Assembly (NCBI GenBank): GCA_045837725.1
Contig: JBEWZL010000056.1
Location: forward strand, 248,001-312,000
DNA length: 64,000 bases
Reading direction: 5' to 3'
From: Vermamoeba vermiformis
Lineage: Eukaryota
This document shows, piece after piece, positions 39,382-53,562 of this stretch. The position numbers and the translations under genes are program-made. Below the pieces are notes generated by a model that saw nothing but the letters and a program-made list of their open reading frames with translations, was not told where the DNA came from and did no database searches. Numbering within the stretch: the first letter of the stretch is position 1; each line of letters starts with the position of its first letter.

Positions 39382-42300
39382 CTATTCATCGTTGGCGAGT
39401 TCTTTGTCCATCAAATTGACGCGTTTCAACACTTCTTTAGCGGCCTCCAACATGCCCGCACGCTTCAATTTCAACGCGAGTTCTTTGTCCTCTTTAATCT
39501 TCTGTTGCAACAGCTCTGAATATGACTCCATAGTCAAGATCTCTTTTTGAATCTTGATGATCAAGATTTGCATCTTCATTTGCACTTGATTCAGACGCAG
39601 CTGAAGTTCTTCGGGGATTTCTTTCTTGCTGCGTTTCAACAAGACCATTTGCTGCTCAATCTTTTGCTGCTCATATTCGAGCACGGCATTGCTTTCAATG
39701 CGATCGATGCTGCAGACAAAGGGTGAGTAATGACGCGAATACTAACTTAGAACTGGTGCATTATTTTACCTGTCCCAATCAGCTGGCACATCGTTGTTTG
39801 GTGCTTCAGTGGCTGGCTGTGAGTCCGCTACAGGTACCTCTTTGACAGGTGTCTCGTTGACAGGTGTAACAGGCATAGGAGTGACAGGCTCGTCCTTGCC
39901 AGGCGTCTCATCGACAGGCGTCAATTGTCCGCTCTTTGGTGCACTCTCAGTCGATGGTGGGCCTGAGGTAAAGTCATCTTTTTCTGGCACTTCTGTTGGC
40001 TTCTCTGGCTCAACAACAAATTCGGGTACTTTTGTCACAGGCTCATCTTTGACAGGTGTCACTGGACTCGTGGACTCGACAGGTGTGACAGTCTTCGAGG
40101 ACTGTTTTACGTTGGTGTTGTTGGGCTGAGCAATAGGTGGACTAGTGATGGGGAAGTGTTTCTCAATCTTCAAGATCTGTTCGCGCGTCACTCGGATCTG
40201 CTTGGCTAACAATGGCTCGCGCAATCGTGCTTTGATCTCGAGCTTGCCAATCACGTTCTTCTTGCCTTCAACGATCTACGTCAAGTGTTAATACTACATC
40301 GCGTTGTTATTCAATGCGTGCTCACCTCTACAAACTCATGCACAGTCGACTGGTTTAACAAGTCCTGCAACTTGAGCTCTGCTTGACCAATCTTGACATC
40401 GCGCATCAAAAACGAGCGTTGATGATACACTTCAAAGGTCACTTTGCGCGACTTCAAGAAGCGAGCAAAAACGTTCTTGCGCTCAATCTTCACACGTGCC
40501 GAGAAGTTGAATTCTAGTAAATGACGTCAGAACTGTCACCGCAGTGAATATTAACACGCTTACCAGGCTCAATTGACTTGCGCACAGTGTTCGAGCGAAT
40601 CTTCTGCACTTGATTCTGCGGCCACGGGAACTCGCAGTAGATGTACATGTCAAGCGTGTCATAGCCCGAGGGCGGCAAGATGTCAAAGGCCCGCACAAGC
40701 TGGAACTCGAGCTCGTCCATGCGCACCTCAGGGTTGATGATTTCTTCGCGCCGTTCAATGGCATCAAGCTTGAAGAGTGGTGGTGGCACGTGTGGGAACT
40801 GTTTGGCCCGTGTGACTTGTTCGAGATCAGCGGTGAGATCTTTCTTTTCGCGCAGATATTTGAGTGCCTCTTGTTTGTTGCCCATGTTTTTGTATTTCTA
40901 CAATTGAGTGTCAGCGGTGGTATTTAACTAGCATGTGTTGATTAGACTTACCAGCGCGTTATTGACCGCTTTAGATATTTGCGCATTCAACAGCTGTTCA
41001 ATGGTCTCAAACACACGACGTCGTTTGTAGTCCTCGTCACTTTCACCCTCGTGTCGCGGTGGATTGTGCGCTGCGAATGGATCATCAGCCAAACCCGTTG
41101 CTTGTGAGGCCGTGAGCTCTTCATCGAGATCTCCGACACCACTGCTCAGCTCTGGACGTGCAGGGCTGGTGGCCTTGGCTTTGGGCGATTTCTCTTTGGG
41201 CACACTCACCACATTGTGTCCTGGGGACATGGTGGATGCGGCTAAATGTGCTGGGCCACGAGGGGGTGTGGCTCGTGTCACCGGCACTGAAGCTGAGAGA
41301 TTGTCAGCGGGCGTAGGTGCGGACAACTCTTTGGCACTCGGAGGGATCTTGGAGGGGTCTGTGGCAGTGTCAGCAAAGCACATCAAACACCGTCAGTGGC
41401 CCACTTACCAATGTGTTCACCGCGACTAGCACGCTGATGCATGGCCTCGAGTGTCTTGCCAACCTTCAAGTACTTGAGCGCTGCAGACTTGTTGCCTGAC
41501 TTGTTGAACTTGGCTGCAAATGACTTGTACTCGAGACTGCGCGAGTGCAACAAATCCACGAGCTGTTGATCGACTGCTTTGGGCTCGTCTTCTGGATCTA
41601 CATCGCGCATTGAGCTGTCAAGCGGTGACTCCTCGTGCGTGATTGGCAGTTTGACACGTGTCAACGGCGGTGACTGCTGCATGATGTCTTCCGGGGCCAC
41701 GTGTTTGACATTGACTGGCACACTCTGCGCAAGCACGTGACTCGTGTCGAGGTCCATCATGCTGCCCAACTGATCGAACTGAGCGTCCTCTTCATGTGCT
41801 TTGTTTGACACGCGGTGTGGTGCAGTGCTCTGAGTGACAGGTCGCGTGTCAACAGGCATGGCGAGTGACTCGTTCAAATCATCGAACATGGTTACATCAC
41901 GCACTCGCTGCGCACTCGTCTCTGATCGTTCGCTGTGTAGTCCTCGCGTGCGCTGTTCGTGCTCGTGCAACTCGTGTTCCAATCGCTTGATTTCGTGCAG
42001 CATCACTCGCGCCTCTTCCATTTGCCCAGCAGCACGTGTCTCGAGGCAGTGTTTCTTCTCCACGGCAATGCGTTGTCTCAAGTACTCTGCGCGCGAGTCC
42101 CCTGGTGCCTTGTCTGTGCACAGTTAGCGCTGCTCGAGTGTTAGAACCGAGTGCCGTACCTTGACCTGCGGAGCGGGCACTGCCATCATCAGCCTCGAGA
42201 CCAGTGAGCTGTGCGAGTAGATCAGGGTCGTTCAAATCATCTTCGTTGAACTGCATCTTGTCCACATCAATGTCTTCCAGGGCTCCTTTCAACATTTCTT

Positions 42301-42606
42301 GCAGATCTCGCTCTAATTGACAGAAAATATATTTTAATTAGGAAATATATTTATAAATGCATGTAATGTGCACATTTCAGCCAATATAGTCTTTATAAGA
42401 AAATTATTTGATGACATAATTAACTAGCCCAAAATTTTTCGAATTTACTGAAACTTCGTCATCTTCGTACCTGACAGCTGCATAGAGTTGTCCATTAAAG
42501 AACTTTGACTTTCTTCTATTAAACTATGTGCGTCGAAACCAAACCCGAAAGGATCAGCCTTGCCTTTTGCTGATCCCGATCTTGCTGTATTTTGCTTTTT
42601 TGCCAT
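39382..42606 (-). CDS. CC2D1A/B (Lgd)-like protein with DM14 repeats and C2 domain
   Basis: DM14-like helices (AAKFNKSGNKSAALKYLK; GNKQEALKYL), C2 domain (YIYCEFPWP; TFEVYHQRSFL..IGQAELKL), conserved C-terminal VLEYE tract. Confidence 0.8.
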
Positions 42607-42804
42607 GATACCTTACAATTTAATTTCAATCTTGTGTGGCCATGGACAGCTGTAGTTAATTAAATTGCGTGAGTTTGCCGCTGTGAGAATTTGGCGCAAA
42701 GAAATTTCACTGTTGCAAAAAAATTGGCTTACGTTGCATAATTTGGGTATTATCTCTTTAATCTAATAGTATTGGCCAACAAGCCATTTGTCATATATAT
42801 CATA

Positions 42805-43953
42805 ATGGTAAGTAACTAGACGAACAACATTGAATGGAATAATTTCATAGATCAACCTTGTATTATTAGTCTCTGTACACAATCAAAGCAGTATTTGTAT
42901 TAGACTCAAATGGCGATCGTTTGCTCGCTAAGGTAACTATTCAGTAACATACGGCCACTTTGGCTGGAGAATTAATATTATTTTTACATTTATTTTAATT
43001 TTTTTCAAAATACTCCTGCAGCTTGTAACAACTCTTTGTACTCTAATTTATCGGGTAAATTATTTCAAAAATATTAAAACTAATATTGATGGCAAAATAA
43101 TTCGTTAAGGACTAAAACTGACGAATATAATTTCAATACAGTATTTTCCGATAGATCCGAACCTCAACACGAAAAAAGAGCAAGAAACATTTGAAAAGAA
43201 TTTATTCCAAAAGACTCACCGACAGAACGGTAAATAATACTTAGAATCGACCTCGTCGACATTATTGCTCGAATATTTGACTGACTGAGCTACTTGCAGC
43301 ACAAATTATATTGCTCGACAAATACGTTGTGCTCTACAAGTCCTCTTCCGATGTCATATTCTACGTCGTGGGCAGTAAGTACACACCAATCAATGTGCTC
43401 TGATTGTCATTGTGGAGCTGACGTTGCACGTGATCCATCAAGTTCGAGCACTAATACAACACCTTTAAATAGGCAGCAATGAGAACGAACTCATCCTCTT
43501 GAGTGCCCTCGAGGCCTACACTGACGCACTGTCCTCGCTGTTGAGGTACGTACTCGTGAATCAGCTCTGTGGCACGTGATTTGATGCTCACAACTACACT
43601 GCAGAAACACAGTGGACAAACGCGGCATTGTGGAGAACATGGACTATGTATTATTAGCACTCGATGAGCTCGTGGACGGAGGGTACGTCACTCACTCGCT
43701 ATTAACATTGATGTGATCAATATCCTAACACTTGTCGCAGCATTCTGTTGGAGTCTGATGCACAGCTCATTGCTCAACGCGCGTCATTGAAACAAGCTGG
43801 TGAAAGTGAGTGCCATGCAATAGAGTGTTCATGAATGCACCACTCATACTAATCTGTCCCTCTATTCCAGGTGAACTGCCCATCGCTGAACAAACGCTCT
43901 CTCAGGCCCTGCAAACAGCCAAGAAACAGTTCGCGAAGAATTTTATTTATTAA
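42805..43953 (+). CDS. COPZ: Coatomer subunit zeta
   Basis: YTIKAVFVLDSNGDRLLAKY, ETFEKNLFQKT, ENELILLSAL, ENMDYVLLALDELVDGGILLE; first coding exon is ATG only. Confidence 0.93.
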
Positions 43954-44181
43954 TCGACACTGTGACTGGAGCCATGGCTGTCAGTGCTGGAACTGACTGT
44001 AATAAATTTTGTAACTAACTCACCCCTCATCTGCGTGTTTAATATGAATACAGTGGTACAATAGGCCTCTCATATTTAGCGGAGTTAAATAATAATTTAT
44101 ATAAAACTAATTACAGTGCGAACACTCTTGAACGCGCCATGAGTACAACAAATAAGTACAATGTTCATAATAAGAGTGGTC

Positions 44182-45013
44182 TTAGTCTCGATACTGCTCT
44201 TGTTTCTGTTGCATCAGTGACTTCAATTGGCGCTGCAACATTTTGAGCAGATTCTGATCTGTCTCTGAAAGCTTCTTTTGATTCTTCAATGTGATCACTG
44301 CTGAACGGACCTTTCTGATCTCTTCGTCGAGAGCCTCGCCTTGGTGGTTCTTAATGCTGTTGTTGCAATGCATTAGCCTCATCAGAGTATGAATGGCGCA
44401 ATGGTGGTACGTACACATATTGAGCATTAGCGACAGTAGTCTGATGCTTCCACTCTTTGAACATCTTGAACAGTGACTTCCACTTGTCTTGCGAGCTCTG
44501 CCCTTGCAAGGTCTCAGTGGATTTGGTGCGCATAAACTTCATTTGATCTTCTTCGTCTTCGGGGACTAGAATCGAGGCATTAGTACCATTATATGAATCG
44601 ATATATTCTACGTACCCTCGGGGGGAGGAGTGTATTGCAGCATTCCAGATTGCGTTACTGCGTGTTAAAACAGATCGGTCAGAATTCTCGATCACGAAAA
44701 AAATTTGTTTCGTACGCGATGAGCCAGTAATCAAGTTCGTGAGACGAATTTCTTCGAGCTTAAGTGCCTCTTGGAAGGCCTTAGTTTGTTTACGCTTCAA
44801 TCTCTCGAGCTGTTGTTCTAATCTCTTCAATTCTTGGGCGAGGTTCTGTAATCCTGTTAAGTATGATCGTAGGCACATAGATCCTGCGTACCTTTAAATC
44901 TCTAACGAGGTCCTGTTTATCCATAGATTTATCAAAGCGCAGTTGATACATCCGGTTTTGGATGGCATAAATTTCCTTCTGCTTCTCGGCAACAGCTAAT
45001 TCATACTTATTAC
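44182..45013 (-). CDS. Hypothetical coiled-coil protein (5' end unresolved, possibly ATG at 45291)
   Basis: Open exons with heptad character (NLAQELKRLEQQLERLKRK; DEEIRKVRSAVITLK) joined by GT-AG introns. Confidence 0.55.
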
Positions 45014-45965
45014 TGTCAAAATAATAATTTAATTATTATCACATCGAAAATAATAAGGTGCGCCATTAAGCAGAGTTTTCGATTGAATTTTTGCGAGTTC
45101 GTTTTCTAAAAATTCGAATAATGATTATTGAGCAAGAGCGAGCTTGCTTTATTATAGTGCATCGTGTAATAATATAAGATATAATTATAGGCGAATTAAT
45201 ATCTCCAAACAGTCGTAAAGAATTTCGAAATAATTCAAGAAGCTTACTGATATTCCACACTGGCTACAGTGGGTGAATGTACCTCAGCCATATTATATTA
45301 CTTGTATAGTGCTTCAATCGATGGAAATAGATTTCAGAAATCAACAAATTGCTAGAACACTGATGGCTGACACGTGATTATTTCGTTTTTGCGTTTTTAA
45401 CCACGTGGCGCAGTTCTAAAAGAGGCATTTCAACCTTGACAGCAGACTGTTCTCCATGAGGCTAAGGACAAGGACAAGGACACCATTATCGTTCAGCAAG
45501 CAACATGGAGCCTTTTTAACGACCACTTTCGAGTCTCTTACAATTTGTTGACGATATCAATATGACATAATAATAACGACCATAATTCTAACCATGTTAT
45601 TATACATGCCAACTCCAATTAATATTGGCAACTCGATTAATTGTTATTTGAAAGCTTCCTTTGAATGCAGTCGCACTGCCTCCGTGCTTAAAAGGCGTTG
45701 CTTTCCCTGTGCGAGCCTCGGCGAAATTGTCCCTCGTTCCGTTGTCCCCTACAAAAGTCAAACTTTTTCTGTTCGCAGCATGCTGGGAAGAAAGGGACAA
45801 AAGCACAATCTCCACACACGCGCATTTTTTGTTTTACACAACACCACACAACACACTTCTCTGTTAATTATTCGGCTTGGTGGCTAACTTACACACCGTC
45901 GCTTAAATAACAGAAACCTAACAACCCATATTCTTATTACAACTCGAAGGCTAACATACACTTCA

Positions 45966-47018
45966 ATGGATTCTGCTCTTGCTGTCAAAGTCAAGTACGG
46001 TGATCAATTCCGTCGCTTCAACTTGAAGAGTAACTCGTTTGCTGAATTTTCGCAAGACATCCGCTCCATTTTCCAGCTGGATACGAATCTTCCCTTGGTC
46101 GTCAAGTACTTGGACGACGAAGGCGACGAGATTATTATGAGCTCTGATGCTGAATTAATCTGCGCGATTGACTTGCTGCCTGCTTCTGCTAGCCGCTGCT
46201 TGAAGGTCTTCGTGCAGATTCAGCAACAACCACTGCCTGGCTCGTTCCCTACCACCCCGGTGCAGCCGATGTTCTATCCCCAGCCTGTGCCTGCTCAACC
46301 CAAGATGTCTCATGACGCGTGGCGCGAAGCTGTGAAGCAGCGCAAGATGGAGAAGCTGGAAAAGAAGATCGAGAAGAAGATCGAAAAGAAGTTCGACAAG
46401 CTGGCTGACAAGCAAGAAAAGGCTGGCATGGTCCGTCCAATGATGGCTCGTTTGGTCTCGCACGTCACTGTGCCTGATGGCCAGGAGTTTGGACCGGATG
46501 TGACCTTCACCAAGACCTGGAGACTGCGCAATGACGGCACTCAGCCCTGGAGCGCCAACTTCTCTTTCTTGCGCGTGTCGCGTGGAGAGGACGCGTTGAA
46601 TGCACCTCTCTCCGTGCCACTCGGCCAAGAAGTCGCACCAGGGTGGGAAGTGGACATCACGGTCACCATGAAGACACCCACGCAGCCTGGCGCGTACGAG
46701 AACTTTTGGAGACTCACCACGCCTGAGGGCCGCAAGTTCGGTCAGAGAATCCGCTGCAAGATTGCCGTCGTCGCGTCCAGTGAAGACGACAGCTCTTCCA
46801 ACGAACAAAAGTCAGGCAAAGAGACCAAGCAGCAGTACTTCGCTGCACTGCGCGACAAGTACCAAGTGCAGCTCAATGTCTTGCACCAGATGGGCTTTGA
46901 GGGCTACGATCGCAAGTTGTTGAAGAAACTCGACAAGTTCCAAGGCAACTTGGACCTCGTGTTGAACTTCATCATCACGCGCAAGAAGAAACTCGCTGGA
47001 GTGGATCCCAAGCACTAA
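45966..47018 (+). CDS. NBR1/p62-like autophagy receptor: PB1, NBR1-FW and UBA-like; intronless
   Basis: PB1 (VKVKYGDQFRRF; VKYLDDEGDEI), FW domain (VTVPDG..FTKTWRLRNDG..W; WRL..GRKFG), C-terminal LHQMGF UBA-like. Confidence 0.88.
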   Translation: MDSALAVKVKYGDQFRRFNLKSNSFAEFSQDIRSIFQLDTNLPLVVKYLDDEGDEIIMSSDAELICAIDLLPASASRCLKVFVQIQQQPLPGSFPTTPVQPMFYPQPVPAQPKMSHDAWREAVKQRKMEKLEKKIEKKIEKKFDKLADKQEKAGMVRPMMARLVSHVTVPDGQEFGPDVTFTKTWRLRNDGTQPWSANFSFLRVSRGEDALNAPLSVPLGQEVAPGWEVDITVTMKTPTQPGAYENFWRLTTPEGRKFGQRIRCKIAVVASSEDDSSSNEQKSGKETKQQYFAALRDKYQVQLNVLHQMGFEGYDRKLLKKLDKFQGNLDLVLNFIITRKKKLAGVDPKH

Positions 47019-47487
47019 CGGGTCAACTTGAACCCCCTGTGTGCACGTACTAGACCCTGATCTGTTGTGCACTCTTAGTTCTTTGTAGGAGTGATCATTT
47101 TGTTATTCATTTCATTGATCTATTTGTAACCGTGCACGAAATAAACTGACGACAGATCTCAAACACTCTGCGTGTCTTATTCATCTCTGTGAGCATAATA
47201 ATATTTGATACTAAAGGAATTCGAAGGACAATGTCTTTATTACTGAACTAAAGCTAAGAACAGTGCTGTACAAGGACTGCTTTAGATCAATAACAGAGCC
47301 ATTGGATCAAAATTGTTGTCTTTGACGAGGGCAGTAAGGGGATATATTGTGATAATAGGGAGTAGTCTATATGTTTGGAAGGTGCGAAATGTATTGTGTT
47401 ATTTTTGTTGGTATTTACAAAGCTGGGGCTGGAGCGATTATTTAGCTATATATTATATTGAGTGTTGCTATGAACAGACACGAGACT

Positions 47488-48418
47488 TCACTCGTCCATT
47501 TTGAACACTTCATCTTCTATAATTAACAGCGTTGTTAGTACGTGCGAGAGCAGGATCCGGAACAATTTAACAGTGCGAACAACAGCAATGCAAGTGGTAT
47601 CGAATACTTACCGCCAATCTTGTTGTTTTCTTCGTCCTCTTCGGAGCTATCGGCCTATTATTGTGATTGTTAGCATCGAAAGCGATAAAAAATCTGGTGT
47701 CGAAATTGAAGCTGAAATTTAACAAAATGGTTCGATAGCCCGTATTTAAGTTGCGTAGTAGTCTCGTACCTCGTCCTCCTCAGGGATAGGTCGGCTACCA
47801 TCATCCTTGCCAGTCACGCCAGGGATAAATGGCAGATGCACTGGAGGAGTTTTGCTGAGCGGTGATTGTCTCAAGAACAACAATTGATTTCTCTCGTACA
47901 TAATCTTAGTACCTAATCGACAATGAACGTTAGCGACTAATCATATTATGATTTAATAAATTCGTGGATGTTTTCCGCCGATGTGAAGACCAACCGTATT
48001 ATGTTTGAGGCAAATTAGAATTTAGTAGTGCCATTATATTTGCACAATTATATTATAGCTTTTGAGGGTGTGTATTGAATTTGTAATGAAATCGCAATAT
48101 TGTTAAAAATTAAAATATTAAATAACATTTTAGGCCTCTTTGATTTAATATTGATTGGCACTTATTAATACATAACTATTTAATATTGAAATATTTTCCT
48201 TGAATTTCAATAATTAAGCTGAGGTTTATCTTCGGCAGTATTAAATCTGATCGTGCTGAAATTAATTTTAAATTACCTCCGGGGGTAGTGGCATACATAG
48301 TACCACCAGGAGTTTGAGAAATATCTCTGGGGTTGGGCGACCAGCCGTCTGCACGACTAGGGATGCTGATGGCAGAGGTGTAAGAGCCGGGCTTTGAATT
48401 CAGCTTTGAAGTTGACAT
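47488..48418 (-). CDS. EIF4EBP: eIF4E-binding protein (4E-BP)
   Basis: [24 protein letters not shown] (YxxxxL-phi), [14 protein letters not shown]-terminal TOS motif FKMDE*. Confidence 0.93.
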
Positions 48419-48874
48419 TGGGTACTGTCTAGACTAGAAATATATTTACAAGTCTTTTTGAAACGAAAGGGCACAACTAGTAATAGTGTCTGGGTGAGTT
48501 CTGTGCTCTTGCAAGCCTTGATCGCTCAACAATAAAACAAGTCCATTAACGAACAAACCGACGCCGCACTCATGAACTGAACTCCGGCATACTATGGAGG
48601 AGTTGATTAGTGGCTTAATTACGCTATGCTTGCTAACACGAGGACGCTGGTAAGATCCGATCGGATGTCTTTGGATCGTCTTCCACAAGCTATTTTTGTT
48701 CGCTTGGGTTATGTATTCCTACTAGCACAATATGCTTCTAGACTACGGTCTCGAGGCGTTGCATGACGGTTAGTTTCACTACCGACCAAGAGTATCTTCC
48801 AACCCACGCCACAACAACGAGTCTTTCGCACTTATAGATAGCAATTTACTTGAATACTAATTATAACACATAAC

Positions 48875-50459
48875 TTATTTAGACTTGTACTCCTTGTTGA
48901 ATTCACGGCCGATCAACATACGACGGATCTCGCTCGTACCAGCACCAATTTCGTAGAGCTTAGCATCGCGGAGAATACGACCAGTGGGGTACTCGTTGAT
49001 GTAGCCATTGCCGCCGAGACATTGAATGGCGTCGAGAGCAACACGTGTGGCCTTCTCAGCGCAATAGAGAATGACACCAGCGCAGTCCTTGCGACTCACA
49101 TTGCCCGCGTCACATTCAGCAGCGACTGAGTACAAATAGGCACGGCACGCGCGCATCGTGGTGTACATGTCAGCGATCTTGCCTTGCAGCAATTGGAACT
49201 CACCGATGGGCTGACCGAACTGCTCACGTGTGTGGACATAAGGCAACACCACGTCCATGGCAGACTGTGCACGTGAGTGAGCAACACGAGGTGTAGTTAA
49301 CGAGAGTAGGACACACGTACCTGCATCAGACCAACGGGACCAGCAGCGAGCACGAGTCGTTCCAAGTCCAAGCCACTCATCAAGACATAGACACCCTTGT
49401 TGAGACCACCGAGAATGTTCTCTTCGGGCACTTCACAGTCCTCAAACACGAGTTCGCAAGTGTTAGAGCCGCGCATGCCGAGCTTGTCGAGCTTTTGAGC
49501 GGTCTTGAAGCCCTTCATGCCCTTCTCAATCAAGAAGGCAGTGATGCCGTGAGGGCCCTTGTTCAGCTCAGTCTTGGCGTAGACCACCAACACATTGGCG
49601 TCGGGACCGTTAGTGATCCACATCTTGTTGCCGTTGAGCACGTATTTGTTGCCTGTGCAGTGCGTTAGCTTCACGTGTCATCAGAGTTCAGCACCAGATA
49701 TGCATCAACGCACCCTTCTTGTCAGCACGCAGCTTCATGGACACGACGTCACTGCCGCTGCCAGGCTCGCTCATGGCCAAAGCACCAATGTACTCGCCTG
49801 AGATCAGCTTGGGCAAGTACTTCTGTTTCTGTTCTTCGTTGCCATTGCGCACGATTTGATTGACGCAGAGATTGGAGTGCGCGCCATAAGAGAGTGCAAT
49901 GCTGCCACTCGCGCGACTCAACTCCTCGACGATGATGCAGTGATCAGTGTACGACAGACCCAAGCCTCCGTACTTCTCTGCGCTGCGTTAGTGTCGTGGA
50001 GATGATAAATGTGTCTGATAGTACCTGGTGCAGTGACGCCTAAGAAGCCCATCTCACCCATCTTGGGCCACAGCTCGTTGGGAAACTGATTGTCACGATC
50101 CACTTGCGCGGCACGAGGAGCAACGTGCTCTTGTGCCCACTTGTAGACTGTCTCGCGCAACTGAGCATGATATTAACGCCCAATACTAGTGTATTATATT
50201 GAATGCTATTGCGTACCTCTTTGCGCTCAGGTGTCTCCACGTAATTGCGCTTCTGTTGCTTGGCGAAGATCGAGCCTGTCAGAGTCTGATAAAAAATTAT
50301 TAAATATCAATACTTGATAATACTATTAACCTTTTGATGGTCAATGCCCACAACTGCGAATCGCAGTGGGGTGAGGTATTGCGACTAAGGAATTTTCAAT
50401 ATTATTTTAATCAATTAATCAACGTATCGTAGCATAAAAATGTGTATTACTGATGTCAT
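48875..50459 (-). CDS. IVD: Isovaleryl-CoA dehydrogenase
   Basis: [56 protein letters not shown]. Confidence 0.95.
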
Positions 50460-50714
50460 TATTACCGCTGTATTTTATTAATTAGCCGCGTATTCGTAAT
50501 GGGATCTATTTTAATTGCATCAAGAGTCGCGAGCTGAAAGCTGTCAACTAACACTTACTGTGGCTGATTTCTTCGAAAATACTGCACGATGAGTTGTGGC
50601 AGCTCTTTGGAATAAACGAGGAAGCATCTTGTGTGGATCTGACTTTGGCGTAAATGAAAAATAATCTTTCCTTGGCTTTAGCTATTTTAATAGGCAACAT
50701 TTCAAGTCACAACA

Positions 50715-52498
50715 ATGAGTGTTATATTGGAGACATCATTGGGTGACATTACCATTGACCTATTTGTCAAAGAGTGTCCTAATACATGCAAGAACTTCCT
50801 CAAGCTGTGCAAGATCAAGTACTACAATAATTGTCTGTTCCACAACATTCAAAAGGACTATATTGTGCAAACTGGTGACCCCACCGGCACTGGCAAAGGA
50901 GGAGAGTCAATTTATGGGTAAGTTTTCTGATCTGTCAGTAATGATATTATTATGTTGAAAAAACACTTCGTATTGATGCTAAGATGCATTATGTGATCTT
51001 ATATGCCGTTGAAAAATATTTGGAGAATTTTTAGAATTATTTTTTAATTGTAACTTTTTCTCTGACTAATCACGCACTTTCATATTTAGAATACTCTACG
51101 GCGAGCAAGCAAATTTCTTTGCCGATGAAATTAAACCTAGTTTGCGTCACAAGAAGCCTGGCACAGTCGCAATGGCGAATCCAGGACCGAACTTGAACGC
51201 TTCACAATTCTATATAACAGTTGGAGAAAATATGACCTCTCTTGATGATCAACACACTGTATTTGGCATTGTAGCTGAAGGACTCGAAACAGTTATGAAA
51301 ATCAACGACGCATTCACGGATCAAGAGGGCAGACCCTTGCAAGTGATTAGGTACGCATCGATCGTTATGTAATGCCTCGTTAGTACGCTACTAACAATAG
51401 CAATATAATAGAATCCGTCATACTCTTATTCTCGATGACCCGTTCCCAGATCCGTCAGGTCTCAGCGTGCCTTCACGCTCTCCCTCACCCAAGCCTGAAA
51501 AACACATGTTAGCAGAGGACTTTGACATCAAAGACATTCCACAGGACGAAGAGACACTCGCGAAGATGAAAGAAGAACTCGCTGCTAAAGAAGCACGTGC
51601 TCGTGAGGAAATTCTCGCGGTGGTAAGTACCTCAATCCGTCTGTTGCAACAGCGCTATTTGATAACACGGCACTGTTAGGTCGATGACTTGCCCGATGCG
51701 GATGTTAAGCCACCCGACAATGTGTTGTTCGTGTGCAAATTGAACCCAGTCACGACCTCGGAAGATCTAGAGATCATTTTCTCGCGGTTTGGCAACATTA
51801 TTAGGTATTCAATAAGCAATCACTTGCCATGACTACTCGAGTATTAACCCATCCATTGTCGTGTAGCTGTGAAGTCATTCGCGATTGGAAGACCAAAGAG
51901 AGCTTGCAATACGCCTTCATTGAATTCGAGACCGCTGCAATGTGCGAAGAAGCGTACTTCAAAATGAACGACGTGCTCGTCGATGACCGCCGTATTCACG
52001 TCGACTTCTCACAATCAGTCGCCAAGGAGAAATTCAAAGCGGCTGGAGGCTGGAAAGGCTATTTTTGTAAGTACATTTTGCACCAATTACGCAGTAAAAT
52101 CTCGCGCTAATGTCTTTGCAGCACAGAAAGCAGCTGAAATGTCGGGCAGAGGAGGACCCAAATATGAGAGTAAAAACCGCGGTAATAATAGCAAGTATGA
52201 CATGTTGTTTGATGACGATGAGGATCGAGGACGCAGCAAAAGAAAAAGAGATGACGATTCGGACTCGGGATCTGATCGTAAGCGACACAAACGGGATGAC
52301 AAGCGCAGAGACAAAAGACGAAGCAGATCACGCAGCAGAGAGAGAAGACGAAGCAGATCTCCGCAAAGAGATAAGCGAAGAAGTCGCTCGCGTAGCCGAG
52401 ACCAAAAGAGAAACAGAGATCGGGACAGACGAAGTCGATCCAGATCCCCTCGGAATCGACGAAGCAGATCGCGAAGCAGAGACAGAAAGCGTAGGTGA
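50715..52498 (+). CDS. PPIL4: Cyclophilin-RRM-RS protein PPIL4/CYP59/Rct1
   Basis: [30 protein letters not shown] ([34 protein letters not shown]), RS tail. Confidence 0.95.
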
Positions 52499-52864
52499 GC
52501 TCGCTATGAATCGCGATATTAAAGACATAATTTTATTTAATTAGTTACGCGCAATTATTATGTTCTCGGTAGTCCTTTGTGTTTCAGTAATTTTAGCTTC
52601 TGTGGGAAATAGAATCCTAGCTTGCAACAATCCCTGAAATTAAGACAAATTTTCTCTAACTCACCCGCGCAAATCTAGCAATGACCATAAAAGTCGCGCT
52701 GTTTCAGCATCTAACAGAAATTTCACGTAATGATGCCAGAAAACCGACTCTAATAGCGATGCGTAATGAAAGGTCTCAATTATAAAAAGCTATTTTCTTG
52801 ATCTTATTCATTCAATTAAAATCATCTTAAACACGACACAACACTTCAACAAAGTAACAACGAA

Positions 52865-53486
52865 ATGACGCATTGGTGGCCGATCCGACTCACTATCATC
52901 ATCATCTGCGGCTCTGTAATTGCCTTTGGTGCTACTAATCTTATTAACGGTGCTATCCTCTTGTCTGAATGTCTTCTTACTGGCGGTTCTAGTTGCGGTG
53001 GCAAGTCCCAATCTGACGCTGTTGTCACCTACGGCTTGAATATCGCTCAAGGTGCTTTCCAATTGCTTGTGCCTATCCTCGCTCTATTTGGTACTGCTAG
53101 GTAAGCTTCTCTCTCACTTATTCTACCTTTAGTTCAGTTACTGAATGGTTTTTGTTTTCAGATCTCAATCTTTCTTCCACGTTAAGAGACGCGACTACGT
53201 TATCATGGTCATCTTCATGGTTCTCTACTCTTTACAACTCGCTTTCACCATTGCTTCGCTCGTTACTGCTGTTATTACCTTTGCTAACACTGTCGCCAAT
53301 GCTTCTAACCCAGACGAAGTTATTTCCGACGTTTTGGACTTCATTTGGTTCGCTATCTCCACTGCTTTGAACTTGATTCTTTGGATCTTCGGTCTCATGT
53401 GGACCATTCACCTCCGCCGTACCTTGCACGCTCCTTCCACTGCTGCTCACAAGGGAACCTACAAGCACAACGCTCAATCTGCTTAA
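52865..53486 (+). CDS. Small four-TM membrane protein, unknown function; 2 exons
   Basis: Hydrophobic helices in both exons, intron 53101-53161 (gtaagc..ttcag), strongly biased codon usage. Confidence 0.7.
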
Positions 53487-53562
53487 GCTAAATTATTTAT
53501 GTAAATAGGAACGAATAAAATTTATTTAGAACAAGCTAAGTTTATTCACAGAGCGAATAAAA

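Noticed and set aside
46155-47072. Long antisense ORFs over NBR1-like (similarly over PNKP, CDC20, CudA-like)
   Set aside because: Shadow ORFs from biased codon usage on the sense strand
52255-52498. Purine-rich repeats suggesting an array (also 56940-57400)
   Set aside because: They encode the RS domain of PPIL4 and a Lys/Asp-rich tail; no repeat-spacer structure, not CRISPR
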